A model generated the notes under the pieces. It had not been told where the DNA came from. It ran no database searches and saw only the letters and a program-made list of their open reading frames with translations. DNA of 32,193 bases, taken from IMG/VR virus record IMGVR_UViG_3300025848_000125, positions 1-32,193 of that record; one strand, written 5' to 3'. The DNA comes from a virus (Duplodnaviria; Caudoviricetes). The translations under genes and the position numbers were made by a program. The stretch's first letter is position 1; each line of letters opens with the position of its first letter. Shown here piece after piece: positions 1 to 8,090 of this stretch.

Positions 1-129
1 GACGGAAAGGATGTCGCCCACAAGGTCGCTCTGAAGAAGGGCGGAAGCAACCTACGCACTAACCTAACTGTCCAGTCTCCTACAAAGAACAGGGGCTGGC
101 GAAAGGGAAAGAAGGGCTATGCCATCTAA
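1..129 (+). CDS. HNH endonuclease-like protein, C-terminal fragment (5' truncated by window)
   Basis: Frame 1 reads DGKDVAHKVALKKGGSNLRTNLTVQSPTKNRGWRKGKKGYAI*, matching the small phage HNH pattern D-V-x-H...GG-x-N...NL......NR. Not in the ORF track. Confidence 0.65.
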   Translation, partial: DGKDVAHKVALKKGGSNLRTNLTVQSPTKNRGWRKGKKGYAI

Positions 130-460
130 TGCGATGATCTGGTCAAGGAATGCAGCATTCGCCGCATTTCTTGCGGCATCTTTCTCCGCAGGCTTTGCGG
201 ATGCAAAGATGCAGGATGCAAATCTGCCATGCCTGCCAGTTGCGGAGATGAACAAGTTCCTAAAGGAAGAATACGATGAGGACCCTCTGATCATCACGAT
301 GGCTCCGACTGTAAGCTACGTCCTGTACGTCAAGCAGGACCCAAATCGTAGCTGGACATCTGTTGGAGTAAGCAATGGGATCGCATGTCTTGTGAGCAAT
401 GGAGACATGTGGCAGGCGAATAACGAACTCATCATCTGGCGTAACAAGCAGAGGAAGTAA
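119..460 (+). CDS. hypothetical protein with signal-peptide-like N-terminus
   Basis: 113-aa ORF with Ala-rich hydrophobic N-terminus (AAFAAFLAASFSAGFADA) and two Cys; start may be ATG 134. Confidence 0.65.
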   Translation: MPSNAMIWSRNAAFAAFLAASFSAGFADAKMQDANLPCLPVAEMNKFLKEEYDEDPLIITMAPTVSYVLYVKQDPNRSWTSVGVSNGIACLVSNGDMWQANNELIIWRNKQRK

Positions 461-487
461 CCACATCTTGTGTATGTGGTGTTGGTT

Positions 488-566
488 GGGGCAGTACCGG
501 CTCGGTCTTCTAATCCGCAGTACCGTAATTGGATTCATGGGGGTTCGAATCCCTCCTGCCCTGCCA
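488..566 (+). tRNA. atypical tRNA-Arg(TCT)-like RNA lacking a canonical D-arm
   Basis: Acceptor GGGGCAG(488-494)/CTGCCCT(556-562), discriminator G563, encoded CCA 564-566; T-arm GGGGG-TTCGAAT-CCCTC; anticodon loop CTTCTAA (507-513) on a CGG/CCG stem. Confidence 0.7.
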
Positions 567-633
567 CCAGCCACTATAAGCCATCTCTTCTTATTGTCAC
601 AAAACTTTAACACCGATGTGGTAGGGTAAAGCC

Positions 634-662
634 CTTGAATGCCTAAAGCCAGACACTATCTA
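634..662 (+). promoter_or_regulatory. putative host-RNAP promoter
   Basis: CTTGAAT...TATCTA (TTGAAT-N16-TATCTA) in the intergenic gap before the early ORF cluster. Confidence 0.4.
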
Positions 663-698
663 GTTCTCACTAGTGTGCTTTGAAGACTGACTTTGAAG

Positions 699-884
699 AT
701 GAACATTGAAGATATCAACTTGATAAAGACTTTGGATGAAGTCTCTGAGCTTCTCTCAATGCTTCTTCTTTCTGGTTCTCTTTCAACATCAAACTCAAGG
801 AAGGCTTCGATACTTATCAGTGAGATATCGGAACTCAAAAAGAATATCCTGATGAAAGGATTCGGGGAGGACAATAATGATTAG
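699..884 (+). CDS. hypothetical protein
   Basis: Short ORF (ATG 699; TTG 693 in track) overlapping the next gene start. Confidence 0.55.
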   Translation: MNIEDINLIKTLDEVSELLSMLLLSGSLSTSNSRKASILISEISELKKNILMKGFGEDNND

Positions 885-1065
885 AAGTCTTCTGGTGATA
901 CTGACTGTTGGCTTTCACTTCACACTAGCCTACTGCATCATCGACTCCTACAAATACATTGCAGAGTACGGCATTCAGTATTATTGTCTTGTTGTCCTAT
1001 GGTGGCTAGGTCTCATCGTGGACAAGATCGATGACTATGTAGAGTTAACCAAGAGAGAAGAATAG
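877..1065 (+). CDS. small membrane protein (2 TM)
   Basis: GGAGG RBS upstream; two hydrophobic segments. Confidence 0.65.
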   Translation: MIRSLLVILTVGFHFTLAYCIIDSYKYIAEYGIQYYCLVVLWWLGLIVDKIDDYVELTKREE

Positions 1066-1265
1066 TGCATATAAAGATGGACAAGTACAAGTTCACAGAC
1101 CACAAGCAGATGCCTCAGTATCTGAAGGACTATGTCGTTGGTTGCAGCAATGCAAAGAGAGCTGAGGATATCAGCATCTACAAGATCAACGATTTCCTCA
1201 ATGCAAAAGAGGAGTGGAAGAGTGATCCACTATATCGCAAGAACTACAGGGAGGGTCGCTTCTAA
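1065..1265 (+). CDS. hypothetical protein
   Basis: 66-aa ORF coupled to the upstream stop; codon style matches neighbours. Confidence 0.6.
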   Translation: MHIKMDKYKFTDHKQMPQYLKDYVVGCSNAKRAEDISIYKINDFLNAKEEWKSDPLYRKNYREGRF

Positions 1266-1740
1266 GCTACTACTGCGACACTCTCTCCTGTCCCTTCTTG
1301 TTCTCACTAGTGCGAATGCAGGAGCAACTCAAGCAGCCTCTACCAATGACTTCAAGTGTCTGGTAGAGGCTGTCTACTTTGAGGCTAGAGGTGAAAGCCT
1401 TGAGGGAAAGATCGCAGTAGCGATAGTCATAATCAACAGGGTCGAGTATAGCGACAAGCCAACATCGATCTGTTCCATTGTCCATGCGACAAGCAAGAGG
1501 AGCGATGGCAGCATTGCCTGCCAGTTCAGCTACTACTGCAATCCTAACAGTCGCTACCGCTACATGTTCAACGCAATCGACCGAAAGTATTCCGAGTACG
1601 CTGCTTTTGTTGCATTGAAAGGTTCTGTCCCGATTGGACTCTCAAAAGCAACAATGTTTCACAACACTTCAGTCAATCCCTACTGGACCGCATCCAGAAC
1701 GTTTGTCCGCCAGATTGGCAACCACATGTTCTATGAGTGA
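1222..1740 (+). CDS. cell wall hydrolase, SleB/Hydrolase_2 family
   Basis: CLVEAVYFEARGE...GKIAVAIVIINRV, CQFSYYC, IGNHMFY motifs. Probable GTG start at 1222 after GAGGAG (frame open from 1132); N-terminal signal/TM segment. Confidence 0.9.
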   Translation: MIHYIARTTGRVASKLLLRHSLLSLLVLTSANAGATQAASTNDFKCLVEAVYFEARGESLEGKIAVAIVIINRVEYSDKPTSICSIVHATSKRSDGSIACQFSYYCNPNSRYRYMFNAIDRKYSEYAAFVALKGSVPIGLSKATMFHNTSVNPYWTASRTFVRQIGNHMFYE

Positions 1741-2174
1741 TTTATACCATGAACATAGAAGAATACATCGATAGGAACTTCAATATCCTCAAGCGAGCAG
1801 CTTTGGATATTGCAAATCCCGTGCGATCCTACAGGGTTGCTGCGTCCATCCTGTACAAGAAGAAGATCGTTGCCTTTGGCGTCAATCGCTACAAGACAGA
1901 CCCCATACAGGACAGATTCAAGAAGAACCCCGACTCGATATATCTACATGCTGAAGTATCAGCAGTGAAGAACGCACTTCGCGTCATCGACCTTGACGAC
2001 TTTCGCAAGTGCGATATGTTTGTCGCCCGCATCAAGCGTCTTGAGTATGGCGGCGAGTATGTGTATGCTATGGCCAAACCTTGCGAAGGTTGCAGCCGTT
2101 GCATATCGGAGTTTGGAATTCGAAACGTCTACTACACGGTAGACATCAACCAATGGAGGACCTATTCCCCATGA
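1737..2174 (+). CDS. zinc-dependent cytidine/dCMP deaminase-fold protein
   Basis: HAE and PCEGC zinc-binding motifs. Confidence 0.85.
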   Translation: MIYTMNIEEYIDRNFNILKRAALDIANPVRSYRVAASILYKKKIVAFGVNRYKTDPIQDRFKKNPDSIYLHAEVSAVKNALRVIDLDDFRKCDMFVARIKRLEYGGEYVYAMAKPCEGCSRCISEFGIRNVYYTVDINQWRTYSP

Positions 2175-2368
2175 CTACTTTGACGAACTGCGACACCAAG
2201 TTTGCGGAGCGCATTGCCCGTGCTTGGGTCAAGATGGACTTCCCATACAGGGAATGGAACTTGATCTCCGAGAGCGAGGCTGACATGTGGGTAAGGGATG
2301 TCACGCTGGTGCTTGAGGCAATCAGCGAAGCTGGCCTCATTGTTGTCGAGAAGGATGACTGCCGATGA
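2171..2368 (+). CDS. hypothetical protein
   Basis: ATG 2171 with GGAGGA RBS; ATGA overlaps at both ends. Confidence 0.65.
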   Translation: MTTLTNCDTKFAERIARAWVKMDFPYREWNLISESEADMWVRDVTLVLEAISEAGLIVVEKDDCR

Positions 2369-3045
2369 ATAGCACCGTCGAGCTTGTGTCTTACACGGCT
2401 CCGTCCGTCCCATCCTTCCGAAAGGGTATTGGATCATTCTCCGAGATCATTGCGTACTGCGCCCGTGTCAGCAACCCACAGAACCAGACCAACAACAAGA
2501 CCTACGGAAAGCTCCTACAGTACCTTATCGACCACAAGCATTGGTCTCCGCTTGAGATGGTCGATCTCACGTTCGAGATCACCACAAGCAGGGATATCGC
2601 TCGCCAGCTACTACGTCATCGCAGCTTCTCGTTCCAAGAGTTCTCACAGCGATACGCAGATCCATCCCTAATGGCAATGGATACTATCTTCCGAGATGCC
2701 CGACTACAGGACAAGAAGAACAGGCAGAACAGCATCCAGACCAACGACGAGAGCGTACAAGCTCTCTGGTTCAAGATGCAGGAAGATGTTGACCGGATAA
2801 CCCGCAGCTACTACAAGCAGGCTCTTGATGCAGGTATTGCGAAGGAGGTTGCCCGTGCTATACTGCCGGAGGGCATGACGCCCTCTCGCCTGTACATGAA
2901 GGGTAGCCTTCGTAGCTGGCTTCACTACATTGAAGTCCGTACTGATCCGTCTACTCAGATCGAACACCGAGAAATTGCAACCAAGATCAAGCGGCTGGTT
3001 GATACAATGTTTGACCCAGCCAAGGAAATAGAGGACAACGACTGA
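2365..3045 (+). CDS. thyX: FAD-dependent thymidylate synthase
   Basis: RHRSFSFQEFSQRY signature, HWSPLE, AKEVARAILP. Confidence 0.97.
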   Translation: MNSTVELVSYTAPSVPSFRKGIGSFSEIIAYCARVSNPQNQTNNKTYGKLLQYLIDHKHWSPLEMVDLTFEITTSRDIARQLLRHRSFSFQEFSQRYADPSLMAMDTIFRDARLQDKKNRQNSIQTNDESVQALWFKMQEDVDRITRSYYKQALDAGIAKEVARAILPEGMTPSRLYMKGSLRSWLHYIEVRTDPSTQIEHREIATKIKRLVDTMFDPAKEIEDND

Positions 3046-3046
3046 C

Positions 3047-3223
3047 ATGGCGAAGAAAGAAGCTAGTGGCTCCAACACACGACTGAAGCAAGGTGGCAAG
3101 AAGGTCATCAGCAAGACGCATCTACGCACCAGCATTGGCAAATCTCCGAACAGCCGCCCCAAGAACAAGTCTCTTCGAAAGAACACGAAGAAGTACAAGG
3201 GGCAGGGCACCAAGCGTAAGTAA
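3047..3223 (+). CDS. small highly basic protein (58 aa)
   Basis: MAKKEASGSNTRLKQGGKKVISKTHLRTSIGKSPNSRPKNKSLRKNTKKYKGQGTKRK*; GAGG RBS upstream; fills the gap after thyX; below ORF-track cutoff. Confidence 0.75.
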   Translation: MAKKEASGSNTRLKQGGKKVISKTHLRTSIGKSPNSRPKNKSLRKNTKKYKGQGTKRK

Positions 3224-3227
3224 CAAA

Positions 3228-3422
3228 ATGCCCAGCGACTTCGACTTTCTCAGTAGGGAGAAAAGAAAAGTATACAGGGAACTCTATCGTCAGTATATCG
3301 ATGAGGGTTATAGTCCGAAGCTTGCCAAGAGATATGCAGCAACGGAGGCTGAGGAGTTCATGCTACAGAATGAATCATTCTTGAATGAGATCCTTGATGC
3401 CTCCTTCGAGGACAAGGACTAA
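3228..3422 (+). CDS. hypothetical protein
   Basis: MPSDFDFLSREKRKVYRELYRQY...; ATG just after the previous stop. Confidence 0.7.
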   Translation: MPSDFDFLSREKRKVYRELYRQYIDEGYSPKLAKRYAATEAEEFMLQNESFLNEILDASFEDKD

Positions 3423-3455
3423 CAATATACACATACACGAAAGGGATAACCCAAC

Positions 3456-3689
3456 ATGCAGAATGGATTCAGACTAATGATGTTAAAGGAACCTGACGAC
3501 AGCCAAGGCACTGTCGTTGAGGAGTCCGATGACATCGAAGATCTGGTCGATCTGATAACATCAAGGACAATCCTCATAAATCATCTTGGCTACGACATAT
3601 CCATTACTGATGATGAGGCAATATGCCTTAAGATCTCAGACACGCGAACTGGCCAAGTTGCTGGCTATCTTGCATGTGAGGCTCTCTAA
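3456..3689 (+). CDS. hypothetical acidic protein
   Basis: 77-aa ORF with AAGGGA RBS. Confidence 0.65.
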   Translation: MQNGFRLMMLKEPDDSQGTVVEESDDIEDLVDLITSRTILINHLGYDISITDDEAICLKISDTRTGQVAGYLACEAL

Positions 3690-3710
3690 TCAAAGGAGCA
3701 TTCATTCCAA

Positions 3711-5447
3711 ATGTCTCGCTTCTCCGCTACCCATAGCGATCAAGGCAACGGAAGCAGACCAGTCAGCAGAGGACCATGCGATCACTGCGGCAGCAGCGAC
3801 GGTCTTGTCCTGTTCTCTGACGGTCACTCCTATTGCTTTGTCCACAATCAGTATTATCCCTCAACCGACGACTCAGATAAGGAAGGATACCGACGCATGT
3901 CCAACAACGACACTCAGCACTCGGCCTCCATCAACGGTGGAGGTGGGGAACAGAAGCCACTCCTGATGGGCTACTTCACAGCCCTCAAGGATCGTGCGAT
4001 CAGCAAGGATACATGCGAGAAGTACGGAGTGCGCGTCGTATCAGACGCATCCGGCAAGGTTCTCAAGCATCTGTATCCGTATCACGACAAGAACGGAGTC
4101 CATGTCTCAAACAAGATCCGAGTTGTAGAGACAAAGGAGTTCCAAGCCCAGCCAATGGGTTCCCTCGGACGTGCTGGCCTCTTTGGCGAGCACATGTTCA
4201 ATGGCGGCGGCAAGTATGTAACGCTGTGCGAAGGCGAGCTTGACGCCCTTTCCGCATACGAGATGCTTGGCAGCAAGTGGCCTGTAGTCTCCATCAAGGA
4301 CGGTGCCCAGTCTGCCGTTCGCAACTGCAAGGCCAGCTACAACTTCCTCAACAGCTACGAGAACATCGTCATCTGTTTCGACAATGACGAGCATGGCAAG
4401 AAAGCTGCTGTTGCTGTTGCCGAGATCTTCGAGCCTAACAAGTGCAAGATCATCAACATGTCCCTCAAGGACGCCAACGAATACATCAAGAACGGGCGTC
4501 GCGAGGAGTTCGTTCGTGCATGGTGGGATGCCCGTGTCTATACACCAGCAGGCATCATCAATCTCAAGGACTATGGCGAGGCTCTGTACGACGAGGGTCA
4601 GCAGCAGACCTGCCTGTATCCGTTTGCCGGTCTCAACGAGAAGCTCTATGGCATTCGCACTGGTGAGCTTGTCACCCTGACCGCTGGCACCGGCACCGGA
4701 AAGTCCTCAGTCATGCGCGAACTCATGCACCATGTCCTCAACAACACGAAGGAGAATATCGGTGTCCTGTCGCTTGAGGAGAACGTCCGGTCAACCATCT
4801 TCCACCTGATGTCGGTGGAGGCCAACTCCCGTCTGTACATTCGAGAGGTACGCGAGCGGTATCCACGAGTCGAGATGGACAAGTGGTACAAGGCGACAGT
4901 CGGCACCGGAAGGTTCTTTGCCTTCGATCACTTTGGATCGTTGGGCACTGAGGAGATCCTTGCTCGTGTGCGCTACATGATCAAGGCTCTCGACTGCAAG
5001 TGGATCTTCCTTGATCACTTGTCCATTCTCGTATCCGGTCTTGAGGGTATGGACGAGCGACGCAACATCGACATCCTCATGACCAAGCTGCGTTCGCTTG
5101 TGGAGGAGACCAACTGTGCGCTGCTGCTGGTCTCGCACCTCCGCAGGACTGGTGCTGACAGTGGTCACGAAGATGGCAAGGAAGTGTCCCTAGCCCATCT
5201 TCGCGGCTCCCAGAGCATCGCCCAGCTTTCTGACGCAGTGATTGCGATGGAGCGTGACCAGCAGGCAGACGATCCCAACGTAGCCAACACGACGACCATC
5301 CGAGTCCTCAAGAACCGCTACGCTGGCGAGACTGGCATCGCCTGCCATCTGTTCTTCAACAAGGAGACTGGTCGTCTTCATGAAGTCGAGAACCTAGGCG
5401 ACAGTGATACTCAATCCGCATCAAGCAACGGAGGACCTGACCTATGA
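3711..5447 (+). CDS. T7 gp4-like DNA primase/helicase
   Basis: Zn ribbon (CDHC...CFVH), TOPRIM (CEGELDA, FDND), Walker A AGTGTGKS, LDHLS, HLRR, LRGSQSIAQLSD, KNR. Confidence 0.97.
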   Translation: MSRFSATHSDQGNGSRPVSRGPCDHCGSSDGLVLFSDGHSYCFVHNQYYPSTDDSDKEGYRRMSNNDTQHSASINGGGGEQKPLLMGYFTALKDRAISKDTCEKYGVRVVSDASGKVLKHLYPYHDKNGVHVSNKIRVVETKEFQAQPMGSLGRAGLFGEHMFNGGGKYVTLCEGELDALSAYEMLGSKWPVVSIKDGAQSAVRNCKASYNFLNSYENIVICFDNDEHGKKAAVAVAEIFEPNKCKIINMSLKDANEYIKNGRREEFVRAWWDARVYTPAGIINLKDYGEALYDEGQQQTCLYPFAGLNEKLYGIRTGELVTLTAGTGTGKSSVMRELMHHVLNNTKENIGVLSLEENVRSTIFHLMSVEANSRLYIREVRERYPRVEMDKWYKATVGTGRFFAFDHFGSLGTEEILARVRYMIKALDCKWIFLDHLSILVSGLEGMDERRNIDILMTKLRSLVEETNCALLLVSHLRRTGADSGHEDGKEVSLAHLRGSQSIAQLSDAVIAMERDQQADDPNVANTTTIRVLKNRYAGETGIACHLFFNKETGRLHEVENLGDSDTQSASSNGGPDL

Positions 5448-5620
5448 CGGCATTGGGCATAGCTCTTCTTCTTGCAGGCTGGATCAGCCTAAAGCTTCTT
5501 GAGCCACTCGACAGTAACTCCTATACAATCTGGGAGGTCGCTGCTATTCTGATATTCTTCACCGGCTTTGTGAGTTTCTTTGTCGGTATCATCATGTTCG
5601 TTGCAAAGGTTATGCCATGA
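5444..5620 (+). CDS. small 2-TM membrane protein (58 aa)
   Basis: MTALGIALLLAGWISLKLLEPLDSNSYTIWEVAAILIFFTGFVSFFVGIIMFVAKVMP*; GGAGG RBS; ATGA overlaps on both sides; not in track. Confidence 0.7.
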   Translation: MTALGIALLLAGWISLKLLEPLDSNSYTIWEVAAILIFFTGFVSFFVGIIMFVAKVMP

Positions 5621-6366
5621 CTTCAAAAAAGAAGCCCAAGCCAGAACACAAGGTTCTAGTTACCTACGTCGATCCAATGGAGGGCTGGCGTTACGGCTTT
5701 CCTAAGATGATCAGCCCAATCGCACTCTACGATGTGCGTGGCTGGCTTGAAAAGAACGGCTACCCACTTGACAGTCTTGCCAATCAAGACAGCCTTCTGC
5801 TGCGATTCTGGAACGACGAAGTCGATATCACCGACCTTGAGGAAAGCTACTTCAACCATGTTCCAGATCTCTCACGACCCAAATCCAACTTCAAGAAAGT
5901 CGGAGAGTTCATGTCCGCTATGGGACAGGAAGTCAGGGAAGTGAAGAATGCTAGACATCCAATATCTGTAAAGACAATTGAACTTCGAAGCGAGCTTATC
6001 GCAGAAGAAGCACAAGAGCTATTTGATGAACTGAATCCATACTCGCAACTGTACTCAAGCGAAAGTAACGTACATGTAACCAACCTTGCGCGGATCGCAA
6101 AGGAGTTGGTTGATATCCTGTATGTCGTCTACGGAACTGGTCATGCACTGGGATTGAACCTTGACGTTTGCTTCGATGAGGTCCATAATTCAAACCTCAG
6201 CAAGCTCGATGCTGAAGGAAAGCCAGTCTATAGAGAAGATGGCAAGGTCATGAAGGGTCCAAACTACAAGGCACCAGACATGAACAAGGTTGTGTACCCT
6301 GACGATGCCGAGACTGGCAAGTCAAAGACCTACAAGGATGTAGATGACAATGGAGTGCGTCATTGA
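5617..6366 (+). CDS. MazG/PRA-PH-like nucleoside triphosphate pyrophosphohydrolase with extra N-terminal domain
   Basis: LIAEEAQEL, KELVDILYVVYG, EVHNSNLSKL...YREDGKVMKGPNY motifs. Confidence 0.85.
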   Translation: MTSKKKPKPEHKVLVTYVDPMEGWRYGFPKMISPIALYDVRGWLEKNGYPLDSLANQDSLLLRFWNDEVDITDLEESYFNHVPDLSRPKSNFKKVGEFMSAMGQEVREVKNARHPISVKTIELRSELIAEEAQELFDELNPYSQLYSSESNVHVTNLARIAKELVDILYVVYGTGHALGLNLDVCFDEVHNSNLSKLDAEGKPVYREDGKVMKGPNYKAPDMNKVVYPDDAETGKSKTYKDVDDNGVRH

Positions 6367-8071
6367 CATAGAGGCGGATAGCCTCGACCCTACAGTCATA
6401 CACTGCATCGTGGCAAAGGACACGAAGACAGGAGAAGTCTACAAGTGGAGGGAGGGAGAATGCACATCCCTCTTTCCATCCTTTGCCAGCAACGTGACCA
6501 AGTTCATTGGCCACAACATCATCTCGTTCGACATGCCTGTCCTCAACAGACTGTCAGGCACCAGCATCAAGATCACTGACGTAGAAGATACGCTTGTACT
6601 CAGCCAGATCCTCAACCCAATTCGTGATGGAGGTCATTCGCTAGAAGACTGGGGCAGGCGACTCGGCTTTCCAAAGCACGAGTTCAACGACTTCTCTACC
6701 TTCTCGGAGAAGATGCTTGAGTACTGCACCAACGACGTTGAGCTATGCTTCAGACTTTGGATCATGCTATCGGCTGAAGCTACAAAGATATCTCGCAAGA
6801 GCATCGAGCTTGAGTATCGTATTCGTGCGATCATTGACGAGCAGGAAGAGAATGGCTTCAGCCTAGACCATCGTCAGGCAATGCTGCTGGTTGCCAAGCT
6901 TGAGGACAAGGCATCAGAGATCCAGAACAAGGTCCTTGAGATCTTCAAGCCGCTACCATCAGAGGTTCGACTTGTAACGCCAAAGTACAAGAAGGACGGC
7001 TCACTATCCTCCGTTGGTCTCGGCCACATAGACGATCTCACTACTGTGGGAGGACCGCACACATCAATCGAGTTTGTTCCATTCAATCTGGCATCCAGAC
7101 AGCAGATTGTACGCCAGCTAATGCTAAGGGGCTGGGAGCCTGAGAAGTTCACTGAAAAGGGAAGTGCAATAGTTGACGAGTCTGTCCTCAATGAGGTAGA
7201 TATTCCAGAAGCAAAACTGATTGCAGAGTATCTTCTTCTTGATAAGCGTGTGACGCAGATCAAGTCATGGATAGAATTGGTAAAGGATGACGGAAAGGTT
7301 CATGGCAGTGTACTTACCCTACGAACTATTAGTGGCCGAATGGCACATACTTCACCTAACGTTGCTCAAGTTCCAGCTTCGTATTCGCCATATGGTCATG
7401 AGTGCAGATCCTGCTGGACTGCTAGCAAGCCAAGTCATTCTCTTGTTGGCTGTGATGCTTCTTCGCTTGAGCTTCGCGTCCTAGCCCACTATCTTAACGA
7501 CCCGAAGTTTACTAGCGAGGTTGTCGATGGCGATATCCACACTGCGAACCAGAAGGCTGCTGGACTTGACACAAGAGATCAGGCGAAGACATTCATCTAC
7601 GCCTTCATCTACGGTGCTGGACCAGCAAAGATCGGAAGCATCGTCGGAGGAGATGCAAAAGTCGGACAGCAACTCATCGACAAGTTCCTGACCAACGTCC
7701 CAAAGATATCGATCTTCCGCAAGAGGGTTGATATTGCTGCGAAGAGAGGCTATCTTATCGGCATCGATGGCAGGCGCCTTATCGTTCGCAATGCACACGC
7801 AGCAATGAACCTACTGATACAAGGAGGAGGTGCAGTAGTGTGCAAGCAATGGCTTGTCCAGATCCGAGACAGGGTAGCCGCTACGAAACTTGACGCAAAG
7901 CTAGTGGCATCCATTCATGACGAGTATCAGCACGATGTACTGACCGAACACGCCAAAGATTTTGGAGAGTTGACAAAGGAAGCCATGAAGGATACGCAGA
8001 AGATCTTGGACTTCCGTTGCAGGCTTGACTCCGAATACAAGATCGGCAAGACTTGGGCTGAGACTCACTGA
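6344..8071 (+). CDS. polA: family A DNA polymerase (T7-like, 3'-5' exo + pol)
   Basis: Exo DIEAD and GHNIISFD; motif A DASSLELR; motif B RDQAKTFIYAFIYG; motif C IHDE. Confidence 0.97.
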   Translation: MTMECVIDIEADSLDPTVIHCIVAKDTKTGEVYKWREGECTSLFPSFASNVTKFIGHNIISFDMPVLNRLSGTSIKITDVEDTLVLSQILNPIRDGGHSLEDWGRRLGFPKHEFNDFSTFSEKMLEYCTNDVELCFRLWIMLSAEATKISRKSIELEYRIRAIIDEQEENGFSLDHRQAMLLVAKLEDKASEIQNKVLEIFKPLPSEVRLVTPKYKKDGSLSSVGLGHIDDLTTVGGPHTSIEFVPFNLASRQQIVRQLMLRGWEPEKFTEKGSAIVDESVLNEVDIPEAKLIAEYLLLDKRVTQIKSWIELVKDDGKVHGSVLTLRTISGRMAHTSPNVAQVPASYSPYGHECRSCWTASKPSHSLVGCDASSLELRVLAHYLNDPKFTSEVVDGDIHTANQKAAGLDTRDQAKTFIYAFIYGAGPAKIGSIVGGDAKVGQQLIDKFLTNVPKISIFRKRVDIAAKRGYLIGIDGRRLIVRNAHAAMNLLIQGGGAVVCKQWLVQIRDRVAATKLDAKLVASIHDEYQHDVLTEHAKDFGELTKEAMKDTQKILDFRCRLDSEYKIGKTWAETH

Positions 8072-8090
8072 CAAGGAAGGAATCGCACTA

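Noticed and set aside
508-514. Reading the tRNA anticodon as CTA (amber suppressor, recoded genome)
   Set aside because: The CGG/CCG stem centres the loop on TCT. Core genes are intact in the standard code and TAG is used as a plausible stop (e.g. 1065, 8624).
260-629. ORFs 260-613(-) and 399-629(+), and the many antisense or nested ORFs in the track
   Set aside because: They overlap the tRNA-like gene or well-supported genes, and lack RBS and recognisable motifs, so they are treated as shadow ORFs.
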